DNA of 64,000 nucleotides from Balanoglossus misakiensis (GCA_040954595.2 CM082583.2:1188925-1252924), one strand, 5' to 3'; positions 28,204 to 41,743 are shown, counted from the first letter of the stretch. A program made the numbers and translations. The notes: a model not told the origin generated them from the sequence alone.

Positions 28204-29249
28204 CACTGCAAATTCTTCTGGCTTTCCTGCAAGCTAAATTCAAGCCAAATTCAAACCGGCTTGTTTGTCGCAAATCGGCTTCTTTCATTTCTTCAAAACT
28301 GGCTTGAATTTGGCTTGAATTTGGCTTGAATTTAGCTTGCTGAGTTGCCGCTTTATATAACTTGCCGGCGTGCTAATAGACCACAGTAAGTTTGAAGAGT
28401 GGTGTGTGGGCCAACCATAGAAATAAAATCTGGCTTGCTGGCATGCCATTCTATTCACGAATTTAGCTTGAAGTCACACCAAGTTTATAATGCAGTGGTT
28501 TGGGGACAAACCATTCCAAAAACTAGGGGGTTTGTACATAAACCAATAAAAATTTATGATGGCTTGCCTGTAAACCGTCACAAAATATAAGGGGTTTGTA
28601 CATAAGCCGATAAATACTAACAGCGGCTTGCTTGAAAGCCACCTTTTACTTAAAATTGGTTTGCAGGCAAACCAAACAGGGGCCCATTGTAGTTTGCTGG
28701 TAAACCAAAATTATGTGTTTCTAGGTGTGCAGACAAACCAAATTTGCAAATTTTTCCAAGCAATGGCTTAAAATTAAGCCACTCTGCACAGATTGTGGCA
28801 TATTTAGCTGGCTGCCAGGCAGGCCAGGGATAGTGGGGCAGGCTGTTGGTAGGGGTTGGGGTGGGCTCAATCTGATTACCAGATATTAACTGAATATGCT
28901 CACGTGCAGTACTGTGATAAGTTGACAGAATAACAAGATTAGAAAAACCAGTGTTAAACCAATTTGGTTTATAGTGTATATGGTGTAAGGGTTGTGTGTT
29001 GCACCATTGTGAAATGTAAACATGTTTGTGGAATTGTTGCCTTGTCAATTTTTGTAAGGGGTTATGAGTCATGTACCCCATCCTGAACTGCATAAAAAGA
29101 TAAGTCTATGGAATTCTAAAACTCGTTGATCAAAAATGGCAAGAAATATACCAAAAAGTATGAATATTTCACCAGATTTCAACAAATCTGATTTCTGTTC
29201 ATGCCTAAGAACCTCTTTAACAAGTTTCAATAAGGAAGACATTTTGGCA

Positions 29250-30056
29250 AACAACAGGTTACTCAGACAAATCTGACTGATATCACATATATGAATTCCC
29301 ATTCAAAGTTTCCAATCAATTGGACTTGTGGTTTTACTTAAGACTATTTTGCCAAACCCTGCAGAATTCCCAAAAAATACAATTATGCACATTTCTTTAC
29401 AATTTGATCATATCTGACTGAGATCACCCCTAGAAACCCAAATACAAAGTATCAAAACAATTGCACTTACAGTTTCACGGGATTTGATTTTTTGACAAAA
29501 ACAGGAAATATTGCCCAAAAATGCATTTTTGCAAATTTCACCACCGTTTGCACAAATGTGATTCAGGTAAGCCCTATGAACCTCCATATCAAGTTTCCCA
29601 TCAATTGGACATGTAATTTCAGAGAAGAAATTTGTTTAACAAAACTGCAGAAAATTCCCCCAAAAATTCATGAAAAATAGCAAACGCCAGATACTGACTC
29701 CACCTGAACAAAATCATACGAGGTCTTCCCATAGTACTTGCACACCAATGCACGCCAATTTTTAACTGAATCTGATCCGCTGTTATTAAGTTTTTCAATT
29801 TTGACTATTTGAACATTTTTCCAGTTAATACCAGTATGCATTTTTTCGCAAAAACAATTTCTATGTACACACTAAATATCAGTAGTTTCAAGTTTTTGAT
29901 GTTGATGGACATACACATACATACATCAATACATTTAGACGAAACTGATCCATTCGCAAAATACATAATTCTGTATGAGGCACACATACAGACATACATA
30001 GACGACGGACACCAACTTATGCTATAAGCTGACATTGATATACATGTTAGCCAAAA
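29250..30056 (-). mobile_element. HINE-like repeat
   Basis: (ACAT/ACAG)n followed by the GCTGACAT..ATGTTAGC palindrome and an A-run at 29980-30056. Left boundary approximate. Confidence 0.35.
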
Positions 30057-30984
30057 ACCAAAATCAACCTCAAAATAGATATTAAAATATATTGCACCAC
30101 CATGAGAAGACAAATTCATTCTTCGACAAATTTTCTGGGGCGTCATTGATATAGCATGGCATATTGTCAAAGTACGTAGTCTCTGTGATAAGATTCCATA
30201 CACACAAAATGGTAACCTTGGAAGTCCAGCTGACGTAGTTATGCAATGGCGTCTCGTGTATTCCGTCGCCAAAAAATCATCGTAAAATTGATAATCGGGG
30301 TCACAATTCAAGACGACTTTCTCTAAATTCTTTATGAATGGATTAAATCGAAATCGAAATGTTGACGTATGACGTATGGAATGAGATCTGAACAGACATT
30401 CAATGTTATCATTCTCGCTCGATCACATATTGGGTAGGCCATCTAGCAATCGCTATATAGTATTGGCGATAACAGACTGTCTATAAATTCACAAAACGGA
30501 TTTTACTGTTGAGTGTGATCAACCGCCACGTTATTTTTCTCTGAACAATAGACAAATAGAACGCCTGGTGACATTTTGAGATTGACTGCGTGAGGACCAC
30601 AATATGCGTGAATCATTTACGGTTTGTCTTGATGAATGGGTCACGTCATAGTCATAACGCGGATTCGGCTGCACGCCAACTATCCGCCATATTGTCTCCA
30701 CTAACTTACTCGTAAGTAGTTTCAAACTTCATTTGAAAAGAGTATTCGTCTGACGGTCCAGTAGATTAACAATTTACGCTCTATGAAGCAACTAAACAAC
30801 GTTAGCTTCCTTGTGGATTCACGTAGGGAAGTTATTCGTAACGACGGGTACAGCGTCTGAGCATGGACAGAACAACGGCAATATCGCCAGGAATGTCTCG
30901 TTTCACAGCGCCCTCAAACAGTCGATCTCCTCAAACTATCGTTTCCACTGGTCATATATGCGGCATTAACGAAAGCTCACATAG

Positions 30985-31144
30985 ACAACCATGTAATAGA
31001 AAAATTAAAACTTAAATAACTTCATTAATATCAAAGCCACACCCACCAAAACCTTTTCAGTTCTTGCCATATGATATCTGAACCTGTGTACTAAATTTGG
31101 TGGAAATCGGTTCAGCGGTTCTTGAGATATCGGGTATACAGACA

Positions 31145-31186
<42 letters not shown>

Positions 31187-31245
31187 TACACACACACAGA
31201 CATCGCTAAACCATAAGCTCACGTGATTTTCACGTGAGCTAAAAA
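30985..31245 (-). mobile_element. Short HINE-like element end
   Basis: (CA)n followed by the hairpin AGCTCACGTGA-TTT-TCACGTGAGCT and AAAAA. Confidence 0.55.
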
Positions 31246-31561
31246 TCAGATGTAGGGAACGGCGACGTCTTTTACTTACGCGGTACGGTATTCTTATGCT
31301 GTCACCCCACACTGCATCTGACCAATGCCCATTGAAGCTCCCATTCAAACTCTCTGGCTTTACTGGGCCAGTGAACCAATCAGAAGGTGCCTTATAGCGA
31401 ACGATAGACACCTTCAGTCTTGATAGACATAACTTGCAATCTGATTGGACTGGCTGCAACAGGAGCTTCTATGGGAGTTGATCAGATATAGTGTGAGGGG
31501 AGACAGCAAAAGAATACCGCATCATGTAAGTAAAAGACGTCATCCTTCCCTAAATCTGATT
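31244..31561. mobile_element. Foldback MITE, ~315 bp
   Basis: Long imperfect inverted arms, e.g. AATCAGATGTAGGGAA..GACGTCTTTTACTTAC versus GTAAGTAAAAGACGTC..TTCCCTAAATCTGATT. Confidence 0.7.
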
Positions 31562-32116
31562 TTAATCAGATTGGGGTGGGCTGTGTTCAAACATTTTCCA
31601 ATCCTGGCCCACAAATGAGAATGGGAATGATGGTAACCTGTCAAAAAAGCACACTGAGAATTTTTTTTGTCAAATATTATTATTGCAGTTAACAATAAAA
31701 AAAAACCTGAACAATAACAGATCAATAGTATAAGTGATAAATGAGATTTAAAAAATAAAAGATAAATATAAATAAATGCCTTCTTTATGCCACTACTATT
31801 TCATTTTTGATTACGTCAGTGTGATCATTGTTTACCCAACTATCATATGACAAGCAATTTAAATTATTTTCCAAAAACTAGTTTTCGTGATGTTTTGTGT
31901 TAATGCTTTGAGATATCTGGCTTAAATTGGCATTAATGCAAGCTGTCTTAACTGTTATACAAAGTGTGTCTCTGATTTCTTTAAAACCAAGAAGCTTAAT
32001 TTTTAAGACGAAAAAGTGTCTGATTGACTAGGGTTTATTCACAGCTCTGGTCACACTGAAGTAACCAAAATGTTCTATATCTAAGCTTTCAGGAAACATA
32101 GTAAACATAAATAAAC

Positions 32117-33079
32117 AATAAACAAACCTAAATAAACTTTCATATGTAAATAAAATAAATATTTTACTCTTGAACCTTTTCTGAAATGATTCACTGTATC
32201 AAAAACAAAGGATCAAAAACAAAGGAGATTTTTATCAATAAAATAAAATAAAACAGCAAAACAACATAACAGACTAACTCGCTGTCAACTTACAGTTCAC
32301 ACTTCTCATGAACAATAACACAAGTGCTTTCAGAGAGAAAAAGCCAATTCCTGACAGAAGACTAACTGATGGATGGACAGCAGACAAACAGCTGACAAGC
32401 ACCATGTTGCTACAAGCAAAAGAAACATCCACTCTTGTGATCAGTTACTGACTTGCAGTCAAATAGAAATGTCTTTCTCAATATGTATGCCAGTTGACAA
32501 AATGAAAAACTTAATGATTTCCCATTATAGAAATGCCCATTTGTTTGATTCTACCCCTCATTGATGATTTATCTCTTGTGGTCAGCCAAAAGTATTCACA
32601 TAAACAAACCTAAATAAACTTTCATATGTAAATAAAATAAATATTTTACTTTTGAACCTTTTCTGAAATGATTCACTGTATCAAAAACAAAGGATCAAAA
32701 ACAAAGGAGATTTTTATCAATAAAATAAAATAAAACAGCAAAACAACATAACAGACTAACTAAGTGTCAACTTACAGTTCACACTTCTCATGAACAATAA
32801 CACAAGTGCTTTCAGAGAGAAAAAGTCAATTCCTGACAGAAGACTAACTGATGGATGGACAGCAGACAAACAGCTGACAAGCACCATGTTGCTACAAGCA
32901 AAAGAAACATCCACTCTTGTGATCAGTTACTGACTTGCAGTCAAATAGAAATGTCTTTCTCAATATGTATGCCAGTTGACAAAATGGAAAACTTAATGAT
33001 TTCCCATAATAGAAATGCCCAATTGTTTGATTCTACCCCTCATTGATGATTTATCTCTTGTGGTCAGCCAAAAGTATTC
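32117..33079. repeat. 482-bp tandem duplication of the 3' end/UTR of the SAM-domain gene
   Basis: Near-identical ORFs at 32373 and 32855 (offset 482). The sequence is duplicated up to GTCAGCCAAAAGTATTC. Confidence 0.9.
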
Positions 33080-33261
33080 CAAAAATACACAAGCTGTCTT
33101 AACACATTTAGCATAATCAAAATTACACACAAAATGCACTCCTAGGTAAGCCAGCAGAGCAGTTACAATGTCATTGCTCTCAACACTGCAGAATATCATT
33201 CCTTCAAGCAATATTATAAATTGTCTCACTTGCTCTTGGTACATGAGGACACCTAAAAGAG

Positions 33262-36200
33262 CACTGCATGAAAACCTAATAATACTTACAATATAAGCAT
33301 GGACAATCGCCTGTATTTTAGTTGAATACAGTCTAGTCCATTGTTAATATAGAAAGTATTCACTGTGAATACAGATATATTCATAATGGATAGACAAGTA
33401 TAAGCACTATTCTGTATACCAGCTAATACACTGCAAGAATTCATCAGTATTTTTCAAAGAATAAAGATTTGGACTTGTCTGTATTCATCTGTGCTTTAGG
33501 AAAAATACAGACATGAATTCGTGTGATTTTTTCATTGCAGGTAATGGGTTCCATATTGATTCATGACTGATTTTACATCAAATTAATGACTTTTGATCTT
33601 TGCTTCTTCATTAAATTTATCCTGCGATTTTCTTCATATAGGGCATACTGTTTATTTGCAGAATTACCCCATGTAATTGATAGCATTCCAGTAAATCTTT
33701 CAGCACAATCAATCCTGATTTCAGGCTACAGGCAGAAAAATTAACTGGTTGAATTTTATCAGTATTGTGTAAACATCTTCAAATATATCATGGGTCATAT
33801 GGGAATACAGACTGACCAAAGCTGTGACACAAGACAAGACATCTCCCATCCATACATCCTCTCATGCTACTAGTACATTCATGCCAACAATAAAACATAA
33901 TGAAGAGGGTAAATTTTTCATTATTCACTTTTTATTATTATTCATAAATAAATTACAATAAAAAAGATAGCTGTTAAAATCAAACTTAAATAAGAGATTA
34001 ACTCCACAAATTTTTTCTGTTTTTACACATTGCAATATTATAAAAATGGCAGGAAATGTAAGATGAAGAATAAAAAGATATCCTGAGATTGGAAATAATG
34101 GTGACAATTTCAAGCTTCGGCAGGAGACTAGAGGAAAAGGGAATTTTAGTCAATTTAAATGTAACTGAGGTTCTACATAGTTTTCTGAATAAACATTGAT
34201 TGGACGGGACCGGGATGATGGAGTTGCTGAGCATTGCCTTTTTTTGACTAGACTGCCTAAAATTCCCTTTTCCTCTAGTCTCCTGTCAAGTGTTTTGATC
34301 AGTTCATTAAGGGGTGCAGCTCTCCAGGCCGGCGACTTGACTAAAACTATGTCCTCTGATTCACCAACTTCCTCGTCCGACATTAGTTCCGCCTTTACCC
34401 TTGCCCAGAATTCTTTCTCATCTGCATTGACGACCCTTTCTCTCCTTTTTAATGTCTGAAAATAAAAAAAAATGAACTGTATTAATATTTTTTTAAAATC
34501 TAACATATTAAGTCAAATTTTTCTTTGAATGGCATTTCGTATTATGGTGAACCTGCCTGCTGAAAGATGCCTCTTGAATGACAACCTTTACACAGGCTTC
34601 AATTCTCCAGTTTTATATTGTTCTCTTCACTACAATGCAAAACATGACAAAGACATGCTTATCTCCAGGTGTCATGAACAATAGAGATGTCACAAACAAT
34701 AGTGATGAAGTGTGCAAGCTTATTGTGTGCAGTTTGTTAATGCCTTGTGTATGTGTTAAAGTTAGTTTATCAAGCACATGTGTCATTTCCTGCAGAACAA
34801 TGAGTATTTTGGGGTAGCATGGAAGAATGAGTGACTCTCATTACATTTGTTAAGTGAACATAATCATGGCAATTTTCCATCATGCATCCGCTAACCAAAC
34901 AACTCCCTTCAAAAACACACAAATGACTAAGTGATGTTCATCATATGTCTAAAAGCAAAGGCAGTACGCTTTTATTGCCTACAGAACACACTTTCGGCCA
35001 TTGGATTCGAAGTAACTGCTACAGTTCAAACAGACTGATTTATGAATGTGCAGATTAATGTCAACGATTTAAAACATAGTAATTACCTGCTGCACGGACA
35101 TCTGGACTGGCTATGCTGCTGACGGTTGGAGTTCGATCGGTCGAAGTAGGAAGACATCTCAGTCAGCGAGCTTTGCCCATCTTCTCTTGACTGCCTTGAA
35201 GAATAAAAGTTTGGTACTGGTCTTGTTGGAGGATCATCATCGCTTGAAGTTGAACGTGACGTACTTGCGGACGGACGAATTGGAGTTGACCGCACAATGT
35301 CATGTGCAACTTGGTCAGCTGTTAATCGACTAGCAACTCGCGATCTTGATCGATAGCTCATATCTTCTGTACTATAAACTCTTTAAAAAATATGACTGGA
35401 GTGGATCTCTGGTCTTGCTCTCTGCTGCGCACTGTTGTCACTGTAGTTCATTCAGCTCGGCTGCACTGCTGAACTTTAACCTTTCAAATTCGAGATATAT
35501 ACCCTATGGTGGCGATGTACAGGTACCCCTATGCTACTCTAAATAATCAATTCTTAACTCTTTTCAAAACGCCGAAACTTGTATTGCTTTGCAAAATGCT
35601 GGCAGCTTCGTAGTCTGTATATAGTGTGTCACACCTTTTACTGAATGGTATGTTCTTAAACCTACGCAAGCTGAGATCAGGCGAACCCCCCCCCTCCACA
35701 CACACACAGGAGTGCCCCCAAAGAGCTCAAAATGGATGTCAAATTATTTTTAGGGTGATTGCGCTTAAATTAAGTTTGATCTGTTGGGATATGGCTTGAA
35801 TTAGCGCATTGTGGCCTTTTCTCCCTTTTTTGCTCCTGCTGTCTCCAGGGCATATCTCGATCTGGCAGTCTTCGGGGATCTAAGGGCAGTCATTGGCATA
35901 GCTATGCGTACAGGTCTGTGTGTTCCCGGCGTTACACGGCCTCTACCACTATGGTAACGCCGGTAACACACAGACCCGTACGCAGGGCTATACATGACCG
36001 GGCCAGGTGCGGGGAGCACCTGCACGTGTCAATCATTTCACTGGCGGTCAGTCGTGTCATTTTCACAAACATTACTGTCTTTTGTTCACCTTGATCGGTA
36101 GTTTATTGGCCCACCAGATGACTCATATAGACGCCTGGGGCACTTGTAACAATGGTACAGACGTCCTGAAACTTCGTTTTGGTAGAGAAAGTGTCACCAG

Positions 36201-37467
36201 GCCAAACATTTTTACAGAAAGTAAAATGAATCACCAGTGTTGTAGAACAGTGTTGTGTTGTGTTCCGTTCCGTTCCGTACCTCCATGCATGGTTCACACT
36301 GCGTTACTAGAAAAGACTGTTGGGAAACTCTATATTGTTCGGAAGGTGTGAAGGAGGTGTTAACTAGAAAAGTACTCTCAGTGTTTACCGAATCGAGCAT
36401 CTTACAATGGACAGCCATATGGTTTCCCAACCGTCTTTTTTAGTAACCGTTGTTGAACGCACAGGTTATTGTAGCCTATGGCTCGCAGTCAGCACATTTC
36501 TGAGATATAACGATCATATTTGGATTGTTAGATGTAGAATGGCGAGAAAGTTCGGCCACGGCACATTCGCTCGAGATTTGTAACGTGGTGCGCCGGACTG
36601 CCCATTTTTTCTATATCAGATCACAGGGTCTGTCCGTCTCGCCGCGTGACTAGGCTGTTGGTCCTCCGCAGTGGGGAAGCCGCGCAGGTGAGGCTAGGCA
36701 AAGCCGGACACTTGCAATCTTGTAGGCACAGGCGAGAAATAACAATGATTGAGCAGCTACAGTCGCCGGCCAGCTTCAGGCCATTGAATAGGCTACAGCG
36801 TATAGTCTTTTCCTGCACAAGTTTTTTTCTGTGCATGGCCAAATTGACGCAATTAAGTGCTGGCAGTATAAAGCCTTCATATATATGTAACTTGCAAGCT
36901 TTGAATTTACGGATATTAAAATCGTCTTAACACTTCGGCAAGAACTAAGTTTACACCGTTGTTCCATGGAGGTATAAGGAAAGATTGCATCCATGGTTTT
37001 TCCTACTGATATTATAGATGGATTAAATTGTATTGTGTATGTTGCTTGTTTCGATCACAAGGATCGATGGACTACTAGTATTTTAGATCTACCAAAGAGG
37101 GACTGTGGCCTGAATCAGGTTGACCTTCACACTGGTCGGGTCATTCTAGTAATGATATGCAAATAGAACTTAAATCTCTGCGAATACAGATTGTATTTTG
37201 CAGTACCATTTCAAACTGGTCTTTATGAATACATCGTCTATCTATTCTTAATACAGAATGTATTAAAGACTTGTACAATCTGTATTTTTCAGTACTATGC
37301 ATGGATTTAGAATAGTGCTTATACTAATGAATACAGACAAAAATCCATTGCTTGTATTCAGCAAGCCTATATTCATGTGGACTCACAAGAATTAGCGTGT
37401 ATTAGCCTAAAATACTGGCAACTTGATTTGTGTGAATTTGTCTGTATTATAGGGTTTTCATGCAGTG
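33262..37467. mobile_element. Nested non-autonomous CACTA-type element, 4,206 bp
   Basis: Perfect 15-bp TIR CACTGCATGAAAACC and a 3-bp TSD GAG. GAATACAGA/TCTGTATT subterminal repeats. Excision restores the reading frame KLPLLGVLMYQ of the host exon. Confidence 0.9.
34150..35361 (-). CDS. Partial gene with a C14orf93-like C-terminal motif inside the nested element
   Basis: First exon 35361-35087 (Ser/Arg-rich, GT donor). Last exon 34455-34150 reads ELMSDEE..VKSPAWRAAPLNELIKTLDRRL. The two exons are out of phase, so a middle exon is missing or unresolved. Confidence 0.5.
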
Positions 37468-38010
37468 GAGGCAGCTTTCCATGTTTCCCTTTTGTTGACA
37501 GTTTTCCTGCATCCTAGTGGAGAAAAAAAGTTCATAATCATAAAATGAATACAATATTGCCAAACTAAATTTGTTGTTATTGCAAACAAAGTCATTAATT
37601 TGCTTTGAGAAATGCGGACACATAAGTGCATACATGAGCCTAAACTAGTTAGAAACTGTGTTTGGATATGTGTTTGTTATTCTAACTGTATTATTTGAGT
37701 GGTGGTGAAATTACATTGTAATATTATCATTCCTCTTCATTTCATGAAACAGTGATACATTGTAGTTGTAATTATGCTCCTAAAGATGACTGTTTGATTT
37801 TATTAACACACTGCACTACAGTTTTTCTCTTAGGTCAAATTTGAAATGTAAAGGAATATCAAAGATATACTCACATCAACTACTGTAATGATCTTTCCAA
37901 TGGCTGATTGCCCACCAAAAACGCTCTCCAGCACTCTGACTGCTGCCAATGTTCCATTCCCTGTAGAGAAATAATGGACACAGAATTAAAATTGTACACT
38001 TATTACAAGG

Positions 38011-38369
38011 TAGCCTGTTCACCATGCCCAGTGTGTTTTAGTTTTAGATAGAATCACACACAGGGCCTGGCCTCGCAGTCAACTGTCCCTTGGTTTTCTC
38101 ATGTTTCTAGGTCTGCATATCAGTAGAACTCAAAGTGCAATGTCACGCCAAAGAGGTCACCACATGGTCTTGACTCTGACGTTGTTCAAGTCAATCACCT
38201 TACACAACACACTACAGATTGGACGGAGTAATAGCACGGGCGTTCCTCATTAATGCTAATTACTTTCAAACTATTAGCAACACCCGTGCTATTACAGTTG
38301 ACTGCGAGGCCAGGCCCTGCGTGTGATTCCATCTAAAACTAAAACACACTAGGCATGGTGAACAGGCTA
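38011..38369. mobile_element. MITE with TAGCCTG termini and a 9-bp TSD (AcademH-like)
   Basis: ~75-bp near-perfect TIRs TAGCCTGTTCACCATGCC... The TSD ATTACAAGG lies at 38002-38010 and 38370-38378. Confidence 0.85.
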
Positions 38370-39531
38370 ATTACAAGGTAAATCCAGTAATAACATTACT
38401 GTTATCCAAATGCACTGTATATGCATGTACATGTAGTAAGTTTTCACCTTGACATGCTGTGTACAGTAAATCTATAGAAGTACAGACAAAAAGGACAGCA
38501 AGTCAACTCAACATGAATAAACGCATTTGATGATCTTGTGTAGTTTATGAAACAAGTTTTTCATAAAATATCCTACAAAGTTAATTGTGATAATTTATGG
38601 TACAATCAACCACTTGGGCAAACACGTGGACATTCAAAACTTTTTTGGATTAGTCATGTTGATCTACCTTTGGCCTGTTTTGCATACATGTATAAAGATT
38701 TTATTAACATTGCTTACCTGTGACATCTATGTTTTGTGACGTCCCATATCTAATAAGACAGGCTTCTATATGTTTCCATCGTTCCTGCAACATCTCCATG
38801 TTTAACTGTGAGATTGTACCAGTACTCTTTTCTATGGTGTGTATCATGTCCCGCACAGTCTGTATATTAAAACATAGCCAATGTCAGCTCATTAGTATAA
38901 ATCTAATGGAGAATTTGACAGAATGCAGCAGCATGCATCGCTTTGCATGGTTCATTTTCTAAGCAAAACATGTGTGGAAGCAATAAGGGTTAGGCAATTT
39001 AACATTTAGCACAATGATACACAGGAATTGAGCTAGCCCATGATCATTATTCTGACTGCACAAAAAACATGCTAAAACTTGGCAATAATTGATGGTACAT
39101 GACACTGTAAGCAAACACTTACAGCATGGTTTATGGAGTTAAACCTCCCAATACTCAACAGCTTAATGCTTGTAATTGTAATTGTTTTTCTCTTTTATGT
39201 GTTCAAATTACATACATTTACATTAGATGAATGTTCTTGCTGAATACCATTGCATATGTAGAAGGACATGAATATGTGTGATATTTAAAATTAAAAGGTT
39301 TCCAGAGAACCTATTTGTACTTGCCTTCTCTGGTTCTTTTTGATAGAATGGGTATCTCTTTATAGTTTCATTCGCTCTCAGGGAAGGTGGTTGTTCATGG
39401 ATCCATGACACACGGAAATCTGCCGAAAGCTTAAATAGCTCATCTAATACAACCTTCCTCGGTCGTGCTTTGGATATTTCCAAGATAAGTTTTTTGTCAT
39501 TTCTCTCTTGTGTTGCATTGTCACTTTTTTG

Positions 39532-40092
39532 GGATGACTCTGCTGGGGGAATCACAGGGCTGGTAGTGTGACGATTACCTGTGGATGACTCTGCTGGGGG
39601 AATCACAGGGCTGGTAGTGTGACGATTACCTGTGGATGACTCTGCTGGGGGAATCACAGGGCTGGTAGTGTGACGATTACCTGTGGATGACTCTGCTGGG
39701 GGAATCACAGGGCTGGTAGTGTGACGATTACCTGTGGATGACTCTGCTGGGGGAATCACAGGGCTGGTAGTGTGACGAATACCTGTGGATGACTCTGCTG
39801 GGGGAATCACAGGGCTGGTAGTGTGACGATTACCTGTGGATGACTCTGCTGGGGGAATCACAGGGCTGGTAGTGTGACGATTACCTGTGGATGACTCTGC
39901 TGGGGGAATCACAGGGCTGGTAGTGTGACGATTACCTGTGGATGACTCTGCTGGGGGAATCACAGGGCTGGTAGTGTGACGATTACCTGTGGATGACTCT
40001 GCTGGGGGAATCACAGGGCTGGTAGTGTGACGATTACCTGTGGATGACTCTGGTGGGGGAATCACAGGGCTGGTAGTGTGACGATTACCTGT
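39532..40092 (-). repeat. Coding 51-bp VNTR, 11 copies (TGNRHTTSPVIPPAESS)
   Basis: Directly visible, in frame within ORF 39223-40572. Confidence 0.95.
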
Positions 40093-40960
40093 ATGTTCAT
40101 CCAATCGTCCATCTTTCTTTCGCTTTTGTTTGGGTTCTTTATCACTTTCCAGTTTTTCCAAACTCTCTAGTCTCCGTTTCATCGTGTGCTCCTTGTTTTT
40201 CCATCGGACACGAATTTGTTCTGTCAATACAGACTCCTTTGGCCCATCGTCACTCAGAGATGCCAGGCAGGGATATGCTCTAACAAAGTCTCGTGCTATG
40301 GCATCCCTCTCTGGTTTCAAAGGCTTACGGTCCAGTTTCAGTTCAATAAAAGATTGAATGCTTCTACATGATTGTAGGTAAACCTTCCATGGAAGATCTT
40401 TTGCTGTTTTTTTCTTGAGTAAGGAATCCAAATGATCTGGTAATTTTGGATTGGTAAAAATTTCGAAATCCTCCTTCCATGAGAGGGTCTTTGCTTGGGT
40501 TAACTTTCTTTTGACACTGCTCTCCTCCATACATGTATTTTTTTTTGGGAACTTCTGCAACATTTTGCACACTTTCTGTCAGCATTCCTTGGAAAGGAAT
40601 GCTGGTAGGACTGTTCACATTTTCTGCGTTTGCAGAAGATAAAAAATCTTGCTCTTGGTAGGTGTCAAGGTCAAGTAAATTTATGGATTCTGCAATAGGG
40701 GGAGTTACAGGCATCTGTGAAAAGATAACAAGTTACAACAGTAACTGAAACCCTAAATTTTCTGTTAAGCATAATGCACAATTTAACACTACGTAGTGTT
40801 ACATAATAGTACTACTCACAAATGGCAAATTCTACACTATATGTATTTATATGTAACTATACCTGTTTTGATTTTTAAAACAAAAGATCAGATGTACCAG
40901 GGAAATCTGATCTTTTGTGATCAAAATCTTGTCTAAAATTCGTTCTTAGATCTCACATGC

Positions 40961-41722
40961 TTAAAATGAATGCCAACGAACAGACAGCTTGTTTCCATGC
41001 CATGAAAAGTGTGTTTCTCTCCTATACTTATAGTATACGCTCAAATTTGAAGTATCAATGGAGCCACCATTGTTTAGACATTTGTCATATTCCATAAATG
41101 CCCTTTCTGCTAGATATAATTCACTAACATGTCTTTTTTGAAATACTTTTTTTCGATGACTGGGCAAGTCAATTTTTTTTTTATTGACATAGAAACTTTC
41201 CAATTCATTTCCCGAAATTACAGGTCCTAAATCATTTGACAGAGAAGAACCTACATGTACATCTTTTTCAGATATAGTTGTTTCAGATAACATACATGTA
41301 TCTATTTTGTCTGCATCTGAAACAGTAGATTCACAATCGGAAAACTGAGAATGGGTGGTAGGACACTCTGTAACCACAGTGTGTCTGGTATCATGCAATT
41401 TATCATTTGTCAAATTAATATTTGTTTGTTCCCTATTTTCGTTATAACTTTGATCAGGCACTTTTGAACCACAATCAAATATACAGGTTTCAATCAGCCT
41501 CTTGAGTTTCCTTGTTTTACGTTTTTTTCGTCTCCGTAGATTCTTCCTACACATGTTAACCCTCTCAGCTTTATAAAACGGGAAACCCTTTCGGACAATA
41601 AAAACAAAAATTTTGTTGTTAGAGATAAAATTTAGTTGGTTAAATGTTAAAACTTTGACAATGTACATAGACATTACAGTAATATAAAAAGTAATATAAA
41701 ACACAAAGCATGAAGTACCCAT
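40961..41722 (-). other. Unassigned 253-codon ORF inside intron 2 of the SAM-domain gene
   Basis: Long open frame in AT-rich DNA with a basic NLS-like stretch RRRKKRKTRK. No recognised domain. Confidence 0.3.
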
Positions 41723-41743
41723 CGGTGACCATGAGACTTACAC

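Noticed and set aside
30060-30960. CpG-rich segment that might be a captured gene
   Set aside because: The frames I tried are interrupted and show no recognisable motif; needs BLASTx.
35800-37000. Cluster of short ORFs inside the nested CACTA element
   Set aside because: Overlapping short frames on both strands with no motif or consistent splicing that I could support.
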